From assembly GCA_907165135.1 (NCBI GenBank), contig OU015566.1, forward strand, positions 3,534,001-3,598,000: DNA of 64,000 bases. Reading direction: 5' to 3'. Made by a program: the position numbers and the translations under genes. Below the pieces are notes generated by a model. That model saw nothing but the letters and a program-made list of their open reading frames with translations. It searched no databases and was not told the DNA's origin. Positions 12,707 through 24,900 of this stretch are shown here, piece after piece (position 1 is the stretch's first letter; each line of letters begins with the position of its first letter). The DNA comes from Oikopleura dioica. Lineage: Eukaryota > Animalia > Chordata.

Positions 12707-13107
12707 CCTTCTTCTTCTTCTTTCTCTCTTTCTCGTACCTTCTTATCAAATCTCTTGTCGTTCCTTTACTCCATGTTATTATCTCTTCAAAAACTGAGGG
12801 CTCAAAATCGAAAGTGATTTTTGGCTGAAAAAAGGGAGGATGATAATGGCCGAGGTGAGTAGCTGGAGCTAATCAGCGCGCTCGAACTCGTCTCAGCTTT
12901 TCGCGGCGCAAAAAAGGGCCACACAAGCCAAGGCCAATTGTTTCACGCTGCGAGGTGATAACCACTTGCATCCGCATTGCCAAAACTGTAGTGAGACGAC
13001 GCGGTTCATCAGGAATTTTATTTTTTATTTTACAAGCAATTTAATAAAAATAGAGAAAGTGCACTTCAGAACTGTTTATTTTTCTTGGCGATATCTTCCG
13101 AGTCGTT

Positions 13108-13803
13108 TTAGTAGATCGGGATTATAACGTATTCGTAGTTGTTTTCGTCATCTTCATCATTATTGTTGTTGTTGTTGTTGTTATTGTTGATTTCTTTGAT
13201 CTTGGACTGAAGAACATCCGATCGGCAGACTGAAAAGTATGAAAAGCAAACGAAAGAACTCCCAAAAATTCTTACTTGGACAAGTTCGACGCTTTTTGAG
13301 CCAAGGTCGAATGCAGTTCCTGTGAAAGTCGTGCTTGCAAATCGGGAGTCGGAAAATCTGAACATGATTAACTCCCTTTTTTTTCTCTTTTTAAAAATTC
13401 ACCTCGTCTCCAGACTTGAATTCTTCCAAGCAGATCGGGCACTTGCTTTCTTTGTTCGATCTCAAAACTCTGAAGATTTTTTTCTCCAGCTGGTTGATCT
13501 CCTCTCTACGTAAACTAAAAAAGCCTAAGATAGAAGTTCTACAGTAGTGCAAGTTTTACCCGGTAAGTCGAGGCGATCGCCGCTGCCGTCTGATAATCAT
13601 TCGTCGAGCCATCTCATCAAATTCGAAAAAAATGAGAGTAGGAATAAAACGAAGAAAAACGCTGTTTGTTGGCGCTTTTGACGCTCTTCTTGAGAAATTG
13701 AGATCCAAGCTGAAAAATCCTGGAAGCGGATCTTGTCAAAAGGCATAATTTCCGCATGTTTCTTGGAGTTTGAAAAGTCTTGATCAGTTATGATTTGAGA
13801 CAT
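13108..13803 (-). CDS. Transmembrane RING-H2 E3 ligase-like protein with a poly-Asn tail (one apparent frameshift)
   Basis: Spliced [40 protein letters not shown]/VCR; hydrophobic AFFFVLFLLSF upstream and a GLRREEINQL motif; (AAC)n at ~13150-13190. Confidence 0.85.
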
Positions 13804-13986
13804 TTTACTCAGAATTTTACTGAGCAGGAAAAAATGTGACGTATTTTCAGTCTCAGCATTTCTCATTGGCGTAAGACTTAGACGATTATTTCAGCGAATT
13901 TCAAGAATTTCAATCGATAGCGCTCAATTTTCTCGCCATTTTGGGCACTTGGTCCTAGCGAGGGCTAGACTTAATTCAATGGTGAA

Positions 13987-14755
13987 ATGAATGGGGGTGC
14001 TCAATCAAATGGACTAGAAAACGAATTGAGAAAAGAAATTTTAGAGAAAGAAAAGAGGTCATTAACACCATTATTCGGAATCGGTAATTCAAATTATCAG
14101 AATCAATATTTCTTTATAATGATCTGACGCAGGAGTCGGCAATCTGTGTCGAAAGCCTGAGTCAGGGTCCTGAAAAAATATTAATAAAATTTCCATTTCC
14201 ACAAAAAAAGTGATTTTCCAAGACCCTGACTCAGGTTTTCTGCAAAGCTTTCCGAGCCCAGATCTGACTGTAACTTCTAACTTAGGTCATTACTTCGGTC
14301 CAGACAAAGCAAAAGGCTACGGGGGACCAAGAAGTGCACATAAAGCTGCTGAAGTTGAAAGAATATTGAAGCTAGCTTCATTTGGGCAGCGCGAAGTCAA
14401 TCTGAAATTCTTCTCCAGTGAGAACGTAACAGCTGAATTTGAGGAATGGAAATTGAAGCATCAAACATGGCGGTCGGCTTCGTATTTGCACGAAAATTTG
14501 GGAGGAGATGATGTTCATTGGATCTTGTCTATCAAAAGCCCAGGTAAGTTTGAACGGAGAGTCGAATTCATCTGAAAATAAGTTGTGCCTGGAAGATTTA
14601 GAGCAGATGTCGATGAAATAGGCTCTGGCAGCGGAACTGTCTATGCATCCGCAAGAGGCCTGGAAAGTGTCCGCGATGGAGATTGGCACAAGGTCAAATT
14701 CAGAAAAACCGGAAAAGGAAGCTACATTCGCTGGAATATCACTTTTCTTACCTAA
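13987..14755 (+). CDS. Hypothetical ~170-aa protein, 3 exons
   Basis: MNGGAQSNGLENELRK..FGI/GHYFGPDK..WILSIKSP/VVPGRFRADVDE..WNITFLT*; both GT-AG junctions are in phase. Confidence 0.6.
14129..14260. mobile_element. Short hairpin element (CCTGAGTCAGGGTC..GACCCTGACTCAGG family), intronic
   Basis: Inverted arms as in the 27470-27845 array; flanked by the direct repeat GATCTGAC (14121-14128, 14261-14268), a possible target duplication. Confidence 0.6.
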
Positions 14756-14895
14756 ATCTACCTTCATTATTAGATTACTGTAAAATACAATACTGGGAAA
14801 AACGTCATATGTCAACTTTTTGTCTTGGGAAAAAGCCTTCTGCTAGCAGGCAGGAAAATTTTAATTGAAAAAAGAGCGACAGTTCAATTTTTCTA

Positions 14896-15945
14896 ATGTT
14901 GCGACTCGGACTTTTTGCACTCGCCGCCGCTGAGGAGCCTTCCGTCAGAGCCGGCTGGCAAGATGGATTCAAGGTAAGCGACTTCGCAAGAGAAATCGAT
15001 TAAAAAAATTCAAGGCCTATGCCACCACTGTTATGAAGGACACCACTGGTCTTTGCGACACCTTGACCAAGTGCGTCGGATCGATGGAAAACTACTTCCG
15101 AAAGTACATCCAGGACGATTACACCAACACTTACGTCACTGTGGGCTGGTGCGCTGAGCCAGAGGACAACAAGCCCGACATCAACGGCAACGTCTGGTGG
15201 TACGATGGATGGGATGATCCAGCCAACGGCGGCTCTGACAAGCCTTACTACGTCGTCGACGCCAACTGGGGCAACGTCAAGGCCTGCAACGGCAAGGGTA
15301 TGATCATGCGAGGAATCGAGGTCGACAACTCCATTTCGATCTACGCCAACCCCGACTACTACCATACAAAGTGGGACATCTCCCACGAGCAGCCCATGTT
15401 CGACTACTCTCCCCACCCAGGATGCTGCAACCCAAGCGAGAACCGATGCTGCAGCGGCAAGCAGTCTTGCAACTCTTGCAACGGCTCCACTTGCAACTGG
15501 AACGGTCAGCTCGTTACCGACTTCACCAGCTATTGCCAGAAGGGCAACCCATGTGGAAAGGCCGATGTCATGCAACAGATGTGGTACAGAGACGTCAAGG
15601 ACCAGCTCAAGCAGAACCCACACATTGCGATGACCATGTGCGACAAGGTCGGCGGTAACGGACTTGGATGGAACGACTACCCAACCATGCACGATCCAGC
15701 CTTCGATCCCTCTGTTGATGGACTCATTGCCGCTGCTCTTTTCGAGCCCTTGGACAACGCCAACAACATCCGAGAGCATGTTGAATGGGACAAGGTACTA
15801 TTTTCTTATCCTCATTCAAACCCAAACCCTCTCTTTTCAGGCCCCCAAGGAAGGACCCGGCTCCGACCTCGGCGATGGAGATGGCTGGGAACCATTCAAG
15901 TTCTCCCAGTGCTGCTCTACTGTCGTTATCGCTCCCGCCATCTAA
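14896..15945 (+). CDS. Secreted Cys/Trp/Asp-rich protein, family not recognised (possible house/matrix protein)
   Basis: Signal-like MLRLGLFALAAA; long exon ~15013-15793 strongly biased to C/G-ending codons; CCNPSENRCCSGKQSCNSC cluster; last exon ..QCCSTVVIAPAI*. Confidence 0.8.
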
Positions 15946-16504
15946 GTCGACCACCCGTCGATTTTGACTTTTTCTCTTCAAGAGTATCGTCAGGTCTTTT
16001 TGGCTCTTTATAAAAGCCCTGACTTCACTCGTTGAAAACCACACTGCTCAAGAATTAATTCTCTAATTCTTGTGTTCTGTAAATATGTGTACATCAGCAA
16101 AACTCCTTTTATTTCCTGTCAGTCAGTCAATTCTTTCAATAAATTTTCTTGCATATCAAACTCAATCAAACTGAAAGTCGTAATACAGACATATGAAAAT
16201 TAGCGCCAGAAGCGACATTTAATGTTCCCCACAACATGTCACTTCGTCATGCTGCGGTGGTCTTGACATTTCCTGACCATCTTGCAAGGTTCCTTCAGCC
16301 AGCAACGTTCATTTTAAACGTTTTTTTCTTCATTTTTTGGGTTTTTTAAGAGAAAAATGAAGAAAATTATAAAAGAATTTTTTCGATAAGAGAGAATAGA
16401 ATCGAAGAAAAAATGGCCTCGAGGCTTGAAGGTAGCAAAATTTTTCACCCTGAAAATTTCATCTTTTAGCTCGGTTGGAGGAAATAAGGGAAATAGGGCT
16501 GAAA

Positions 16505-17051
16505 ATGTCGGAAAGATTGCGGCTTCAAGAGAGAGCTTTGGATCAGAGGAATTCAGGTCTTCTGAAATTTGCGAAAGTAAATCGGTCGAATACGATAGCA
16601 ACGAGGACTGACAAAGGTAGGAGAGATAATTTGATGTTTTTAGATTTGAAGAAGAAAGGAAAGTTGGAGAGCTTCGAGTCTGGGTTTTTTGAAGACATAG
16701 AAGAGAATAGGGAATTGGTTTTCAAACAGCATATGAAGTAAACTCGAAACTACCTTAATTTTAATCGCCAAAGCAAAAATTCATACAGATACTACAACTT
16801 GGTATCATTTTTTTCAAACTTATGGTCCTGAGATTTCTTTCACAAAAGCAGAAAACTATGAGAATTCTCATTGATTCTACAGAACCCATTTTGAAATAGA
16901 TATTTCTGCTTCTTTAAAACGAATACGAGTTAAACCAGTTAAAAAGCCTCCGAACATCAATCCGAAAATGCCTGACACAACTCAATTTCGATCAAAACCT
17001 CAAGCCCAAACGAAGAAAAACACTCGCCCCAAAACCTTTATTTACCCTTGA
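16505..17051 (+). CDS. Possible small basic/low-complexity protein
   Basis: ORF MSERLRLQERALDQ..FKQHMK can be spliced in phase to THFEIDIS..KPVKKPP..FIYP*; no recognisable motif. Confidence 0.35.
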
Positions 17052-17609
17052 AATATAACGACACTCTGACATAACAGCATTTTCTTACCGGAAGGCGACT
17101 CAATCTGACCGGTTGGGATTTCCGGCTTCTGGTCGCCTTTAGCGACAAATATTTACTTTCCCGACAAGCGGCGCAAATTCCATCACGTCGTCAGTCCAAA
17201 TTGCGTTCCAGATGCTCTTTCAAGAATTATTCAAGAACGCAAAAAATTAAGGATTTTTTCCCACGACCGGTCTTTTTTAAATTGAACAGCGAAGATAATT
17301 TTCGCTCTGGAAATTTCGCCTTTGATTGGAACATGAACGTGCGGTTGTCGAGGCGATCGAGCGCAAAAAATTTGCATCACGAGATCATCTTTTCATCGAT
17401 TTTTTCTCATAAAACTTTATTAAAATTTTTGATCAATAATTTTTCAAAACAATCAAGATCGGATTTTCTGCCTGGAAAGAAGGCGAAGTTCCCAAAGATT
17501 TGTTCCTGAAGACCAAGACTTGTCACAAACATAAAGAACTCCTGCTCCTATTCATTCTAAAAAGCCACCATTTTCTGAGAAAACATCAAACCTCTTGTGC
17601 CGGTCGCGA

Positions 17610-18610
17610 TTATGGAAGAGAAAATTCGGATTCGAAGCAAGATGAACTCGCGTCGCTTCCATTGTCCATCCCAATCGCCGATTTCACCGCATCAAGTCTT
17701 CGTTTTAACTCTTCTTTTTCTTTGACTTCCTTCTCCGACTTTTGCTTTTCCAGTTCCAGCTGATTCTCCTTCTCGGCCAGCTCCTTCATCAGCGCCGTTA
17801 TTTTCTTTGACTTTTCGTCTGGCTCCATCAAATACTAGAAAACGGAAAAGAGAAAGAAGCGCTTACTGTCATTGAGTCAACAAGGTGAAGATTCAGCATT
17901 TGCTCCAGATCGATGATTCGCCCAGACTGTGTTTTATGTTGCTTAAGGACCCCCCGTCAACAATTTTCCTCAATAAATCGAAAATTTCAAAACAGCCATA
18001 TTCTGGCTTTTGAGTGTGCCTGGAAGCTTAATTTATCATAAAAACTTGTAAGGACCACTTTTTGGCCAATAAAAATCTAAAATTTAAGGTAAAATTGGGA
18101 CTTTTTCGTCATTTTTCGTCAAAAAGTCCAATTTTCAAACGCGATTTTGAGGGTGAAGGAGTCGAGATAGACCCCCAAAACATGAGGGGGTCAAAATTTT
18201 GAAATTCTGAAAATAGATTTTTCGAAAATTGTTGACGGGGGGGGGGTCCTTAAGATTCTTTTTTTGCTAATTGTCAAAAGAACCGTACCTTTGCCATATC
18301 GTGGATCAGCTTTTTATTTTCCGTAGCGAACTTTTCAGATTTTTTCTCCTCGTGCCTCAGCATTTCTTGCGCCATTTGGCTTTTCGACTGAATATTCGAC
18401 GAAATATTAAAAGTGCTCAAGCTTATTTACCTGAGCTGCTCTGCCTTGTCGGATGATTTGCTGGCTGGAAACCACAAGATCTCGGTTACTTTTCTTGTAC
18501 TCTTCAATTGTTTGTTTTTGAATCTTGTTTTCATGGCTTAATCGGTTGTTTTGCTTCACAAGCTCTAAATTAATCCGGAGAAGTTCCTCCTTCGACAATT
18601 CATCGCTCAT
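17610..18610 (-). CDS. Coiled-coil protein
   Basis: Exons MSDELSKEELLRINLELVKQNNRL.., ..EKKSEKFATENKKLIHDMAK, SGRIIDLEQML.., ..ELAEKENQLELEKQKSEKEVKEKEELKRRL..; GT-AG junctions. Confidence 0.7.
17947..18249. mobile_element. TTAA-target MITE (GG..CC termini), intronic
   Basis: TTAA|GGACCCCCCGTCAACAATTTTC..GAAAATTGTTGACGGGGGGGGGGTCC|TTAA. Confidence 0.85.
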
Positions 18611-18911
18611 TGTCTCTCTGCAGCCATAAATCTTTTCTCTGCCTTATGGCAAGTACTTTCCCTTATCAAACAAATAAAGAACACGATCATTGCCATGTTA
18701 TTTGTAAAGCCGGTTTTCCCTTTTCTCTCATGAAAATTCCTGACCTTTTACTAGTTCCTAGGAAAAAGACTGAGTGAATGTCGGAAACTAACAGTTTTCC
18801 CTTTATTTTTACATTTAAGAAGAGTTCAAATTTCGGGAATATCTCGCATTCGCTTGTGAAACGAATCCAGATCATTTGGTTGTTGATCTTGATGCTCTTA
18901 AAGATAATTAA

Positions 18912-19411
18912 GGACCCCCCCGTCATGTTTGACGATTTTTAGGAATTGATTCTCTGAGTTCTGAGGATCATTTTTCTCTATTGTCGTAAAATTCTATTTC
19001 GACTTTTTGACCCTCAAAATCGACTTTGAAAATCATGATTTTCGGGCTTTTTTAGCTAAATTTGCCCATTTTACGGCCGATCACCAACCTTCAAACACTT
19101 TTTCTTTAGTGAAACCCTTAAGATATCATCATAAACTTGATGCGGTGCCCTCAACAAGGGTCTCAGCTAAATTTTTAACATAAAAAAATTTTGATCAGTT
19201 AAGGTGATCACAATGATATCACTGTTTGAAAAATATTTTCACTTTAACTTATCGTTGCGACACCCTTAAGAGGCCTATAAGCTTGTTTTCCTTCTGGTGC
19301 CCTAGAGCAACTATCGGGCTACAAAATAATTCAAAAATATTTCAAAAATCTTAAGGGGATCAACCCGAAAACCGTGTTTGAAAAAGTCATTATCAGATGA
19401 CGGAGGGGTCC
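18912..19411. mobile_element. TTAA-target MITE, same terminal family as 17947-18249, with probable nested fragments
   Basis: TTAA|GGACCCCCCCGTCAT..ATGACGGAGGGGTCC|TTAA; internal CCCTTAAG motifs. Confidence 0.8.
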
Positions 19412-21052
19412 TTAAGCCCAAAACTCTCGATATTTTAAATTTTACCAAGGCGGCCGAGCATTTGGAGAAGCTTCTTATCAGCGCTGATGGCGGACGTTTC
19501 TGCGAAAAAGGCGAAAAATAAGGGCAAAAGATTCATTCTCTAAGAAGTGCGCTCGATTTTAAACAAATGCGATATATATAAAGCTCGAATTGACATCTTA
19601 CCGATATAGAAGGATTTAACAGCCGATATGAATAATCAGTGTTAATGCAAAAGTGCATCCAAGTCTGTCTGACAGAACGAACAGTACTGTGCGATAATAA
19701 TACTGTTTCTGTTGGAGAAAAAATGTGAGAACTTGTTTCAACTTTTTTATATTCAAGAAAATGTAAAAAAAGAGAAAAAATTTGAAATATAAAATTTACA
19801 TAAGTTTTCATTTCTGTAATTGTTTTCATAAAAAAGTCGTTCGGAAGCTGCAGTGGAAGGAAGTGAGCAAATGGTAAGCACCGCAGTGATCCGCTGCCGC
19901 AGCCGCGCAGAGGCCACCCTTCTCAAAATGTTGTTCTTTCTGAACGAGCTCAGCCGCCGTAGATCTCCCGGCTTGCTATCCTAGAATCATAATATTTTCA
20001 ATTTTTTTTAACAATTTTCAGGGCTTTCAAAAGAATAAAAAATATTGAAAAAAAATTTTCGGCTCAAAAATAGCAAACTTATAAGTTTTTTAAAACTTCT
20101 ATTTCAAAGCGTGTTTTGATTGAAAACATAAATCACCTGTAAAGTAAGAAAATGTGTGGTACCCGACGTGAGCTGTTTGCGGCTTGTCTTGTGGAGAAAG
20201 AGGAGACGAGCTGAGGACAGCCGCATCCAAAGCTTCAAACTCTCAGGTTCCCACTTTGAACGCGGCCCAATCTTTTTTTCCAAATGGCGGGTGATATTCA
20301 TAACTGCTAATTATTTTGGATTTCATTGATAATTTTCGACTGAAAAATAGATTTTTAGCTGAAAAATTGAATTTCTCTCGGTAAAAACAATTTATGGAAG
20401 TGATTTTATGAATCAGGGTTTTGATTGGCCGGTAGGCCAAATAGAGCAATCTTATTGGTTATCCGAAATTGCACTTCAATAAATTGGTTTTCACCCTTTT
20501 TCTCCGGATTTCGACCTGAAAAACAGTGTTTTTGTCAAAATTTTTTGAGTTTCGAAAAATTTTTGTAAGATCAAAATAAATAATTGTCGATAATAAATTG
20601 ACTGTAAGATATATTTACAGCTATTCAAATTGCTCATCAAAAAGCCCGAAACTGAGGATTCTGCGGCAATGCGCACATCAAGGGTCTCAAAAGCGCGTCA
20701 AAAAATCCAGCTTAGCTGAGCGCACTGGCGTTTGAAGCTCTCCTCCCGCAGAGGTGAAAATAAAACGAAACTAAAAATCCGCCTGAATTAGCGCGCATCT
20801 GACCGAGCAACGTCCTAAATTGCGCTAAGAGCGGTGGCTAATCTCGTTGACTTGTGGAGTGTCAATTTTGGGAAGTGCAATCATACTGTTTTTAAATAAT
20901 ATTCAAACTGTTAGAAATAGCAATTTTTGTTTGAACATGTTTTCGGCATGTTTTCACGATGTTCACGTTTTTATTAATTATTAAAACGATTTTCTTGTTT
21001 GTTTTTGATAGTGAGCCGATTACGATTGATCATAGTGAAATCATCTTCAGAG

Positions 21053-21183
21053 TTAGGGTTAGGGTTGAAGTTAGGGCTGGGCGAGATAGGGTTAACCCTA
21101 AAATATTTTTAGGGTTAGGGTTTGACGAGTTTTTGAACCAGATTAACGAAGTCTTGGGTTTGGGTTGAGGTTATGGTTAGGGT
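21053..21183. repeat. Degenerate interstitial telomere-like (TTAGGG) tract
   Basis: TTAGGGTTAGGG..TTAGGG..TAGGGTTAACCCTAAAATATTTTTAGGGTTAGGG..TTAGGG. Confidence 0.75.
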
Positions 21184-21963
21184 AAGAAAATTAGACGAAA
21201 ATTCATCGTTTTCTGAATTGATTGTTTTTGAAAATTCGTTAAATCCTTTTCCTTAGATTTATTTATTTGGAAATCTCGGCAGGACTAGGCTACGAGAATC
21301 TTGAAAACTTGACAAATAAGATGAATTTTTCTTCGAAAAATCTCAACTCTATGAACATTCAGATTGCAACTGGCGGAAATTCAAGCCGAAGTTAACATAT
21401 TGACACCCTTAATTGAAATTGCCAAAAGAAAATTCAAACCTTTATTCAAGGCTTGGTTTGACTTTCCATTGGGAATATCAAATAAGGGCATCAGTATGTT
21501 CACCACGGTCCATGGTGGAAAAATCCTGATCCTAAGGATCAGATCATTATCCCCTGTCTAAACTGCTAAATCTCATCCTTTCGCTCTAAGAGATGATCGA
21601 TTCCTAGATACAAATGCCTTTTTTGAAAACGAATTGAATGACAATTATTTGTAATCAATATTTCCTTTCGCTTGACCCCAGTTTACCCGTACTCTTCAAC
21701 CCTCTTTTCCGCTTTTCCCACGGCTCAATCCGCGCGGCGCTGAAAGAAAAGCGCGCGCTCAGAGTCTTCGAACGATGGCGCGCCTGAGCTGCCGAGGTTC
21801 AGCGCTTCTTTGCGGACTCCTCCGCGACGAGAAAATTGAAGGAAAATTTGAAAAATCTGTAATTGTAGTTATTAATTAAAACAAGAGAAACTTTTGTTAA
21901 TAAAATTATTTCGGAAAAACCAGAGAGATCGTTAAAAACGAAGAAAAAAAAGAAGAATATCAA

Positions 21964-24900
21964 ATGAAGATTTCGCTGCTTTTTGGAGTCGTCTTTGGCT
22001 CAGTGCAAATTGAGCCTCTTTATTGGAATACGACTAATCCAGTGTAAGTTTTTCAAGATGAAATTTTGATTTTTTTTTATTGCAAAAATTATATTTATTA
22101 TCAATTCAGAAGGCTTTTCCCTTATTTTTTGTAAAATTTTAAATTAAAAATTGCTTTTTAAAAATTTTTTTTCAATAAAATTTATGATTTTTATGCAAAA
22201 TGTTGAAGTCTGAACGAAATAATATGCTGCAAAAAAGTTCTAGCGCTCCCGTTTCCTTTGTAAAAATCGTTTATTTTTGCTTTCGCCCATACACTGTGCC
22301 CTTCCCTTAACAAAAATACTTCATTTTTTCTTTCGTAATTTATTTTCATTCTTCACTAGAATATTAAGGGACCTGGGCGAGCAGCGCGGAGCCAAACTTC
22401 ACGGGCTCGTAGCTTATCTTAGAAGTAAGATTTTTAAGAATTTCTTTTTGCAAATCATATCTACAAACATTCAGCTTTCTCTACCTTTTTTCAGAATTTC
22501 TCTATCATTACCGGTTGATGAACTAGAGAGAAAAAGAGAAGAGCAACTTCAAAAGGCATCAAGTCCTGCAAACTAAATTTTATCTTCCTGAAACTAGCAC
22601 CATTGAAAAGCCCGTTTAATTCTGCACAGATTCCACCTAATGCGCAAATACGGGACAGTACCTATTGGCGATAGAGGCTTGATAAACAAGATAACTGAGC
22701 GCGCACTCAGCGGGAATCATGTCCCGGAAGGCCAAAATAGCTTCATCAGAGCGTCCTACTGCGCCGCGACCAGCTGAGCGCGCTAAGTAACTTTGTTTAT
22801 TTGGCGTTACTTGGCGATAAGTACGTATTTAGCTTTGCGCATTAGGTGGAATCTGTGCAGAATTAAACGGGCTTTTTAATGGTGCTAGTTTCAGGAAGAT
22901 AAAATTTAGTTTGCAGGACTTGATGCCTTTTGAAGTTGCTCTTCTCTTTTTCTCTCTAGTTCATCAACCGGTAATGATAGAAAAATTCTGAAAATAGGTA
23001 GAGAAAGCTGAATGTTTGCAGATATGATTTGCAAAAAGAAATTCTTAAAAATCTCACTTCTAAGATAAGCTGCGAGCCCGTGAAGTTCGGCTCCGCGCTG
23101 CTCGCCCAGGTCCCTTAAAGAAGCTCCCTTTTCTTCCATTTTCTCCAATTTCCGCTTGAGCAAAACCAAACAAGCAGGAAAAAAGGGGATGAAACAGCCG
23201 CCCCATGTCACTTTTTCCACATGATTACCCTCGATTCTAGCGCTTGAAAGATGTGAGTGTGTGTAAGCGCCTTAATTTATTTTCTTTTTCTTTTGTGAAA
23301 AAAGGAGGAACATGTTTCCATTTGGCCGGCTGCAGGAGGCGCTTTAGTGGTGTTTGTTTTGAAGATAACATAAACTTCCGACTTATCGCTGTGCCGGACA
23401 TCCACTTGCACCAAATGAAAAATGATTCGTTATGGGAAGGAAAGAAAGAAGGTTTGGCCATTTTAGAAGCAATCGAAAATTGTGGCAGAAAAGCTTTTCT
23501 AAATGTTCAATCAGAGCTTTTGATTGGCTAAGAGTGATTTCTACAGATAGATCATGATATGGGGTCTTGGAAGGTGAGGAGTCCAAATATGCAGGTGGTA
23601 TCACCTCGTTGTCTCGGGACCGTGCAGATGCGAGCAAGTGCGGCGGATCAATAGCGTAAACTGCCCTGTATCTCAGATAAAATCAACATCCGGTACCCCC
23701 CTTAGAGAGATAATTTGACGTAAACTGGACATTTGGATAATTTATTTCGACGATGAAATACAAAAATGTACGAGATTTTGATAAATACACAATGATAGAT
23801 GAAAATGACTTTTGCGGAGCAAAATCGGGACCTCAATATTTTTTGTGCTCATCTTGTAGCGCAGGTTCTGAGGAGTCGAATGGTACGATTTTTATGGTCC
23901 AAAGCTTTGAAAAATATCCGATTCTAGCGCTTCAAGAACCTGAAAATGGCAAGTTTTGACGCCCTGTATCTCCAAAAATCTTCGGAAAAAGTATGGAGAT
24001 ATGGGTATCATTCGAAAGCCCAGCCAAAATTGTGGTTGCGCAGTTGGTGCGCAAGAGAAAACGACGAAAAAAAATTTTTACTAAAAAGTTCACGCTTAAA
24101 AATATATTCTTTTGCTTCGAATTTTCGGCTGCAAAACGAGTGCGCAACCACAGTTTGAGCTGGGCTTTCGAATGGTACCATAATCTCCAAACTTTTTTCG
24201 AAAATTTTCGGAGATAGAGGGCGTCAAAGGATTTTTTCTTTAGGGGAGCCTATGACGTCATTTATGATGACTCAGACCGTCAAAACTATATGAATCGACT
24301 CCTCAGGAGTCGCTCTTTCAGATGAGCACAAGAAACATGGGGGGTAGAATTTTGTTCCGAAAAACTCATTTTCATGTATCCAATGAATATGAATTTGTAC
24401 AAATTATAATCCGCAATAAGACTGATTCAAACTGGACGATTGGCTCATCTGGAGAGCCTAATTGATGGCAAATTTCTCGGATATTTCTAGGAGATCATTA
24501 TAAAAAGGATCTTTTAAATTGAATTGACCTTCGTTGGCAATCTTCAGGCTGATTCGAAATTTCCTCAAACCAACAACAAAGTGCGCATTGATCCGCAGAG
24601 CCTTTCTAATGCCCGACAAGTATTTGTATACAAGCCAATAAAAAGCCCTTTCGAACAAATTCGTTATATCTTGATCCATCTGTATAAATCCTTTTCGCCA
24701 AAACTTGATTTTTGGCAGCGAAAATGTCGCGAATCTTTGATTTTCGAGGTCGAAATTCGGACAAACGCCACTCAAGAACTTTTGACTCTAATCCCTCTTC
24801 TCTTCCCCTCCCTAAAGTCACTTCTTCGCGTGACATTTTTTCTTCGAAAGAAATCACAAAAATTGATTATAAGACAATAAAGATTTAGTGGCTAAAAATG

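Noticed and set aside
15000-15779. 259-aa minus-strand ORF
   Set aside because: Antisense shadow of a codon-biased + strand exon.
20140-20330. Possible THAP-like transposase fragment (KCVVP..GSHFE)
   Set aside because: Cys/Trp spacing does not fit and there is no continuing ORF.
22277-23220. Twin ORFs 22277-22576 (+) and 22906-23220 (-)
   Set aside because: Mirror translations of the two arms of a foldback MITE.
23237-24880. Short ORFs in ephrin intron 1 as nested genes or transposase remnants
   Set aside because: No recognisable motif or consistent splice structure; a profile search would be needed.
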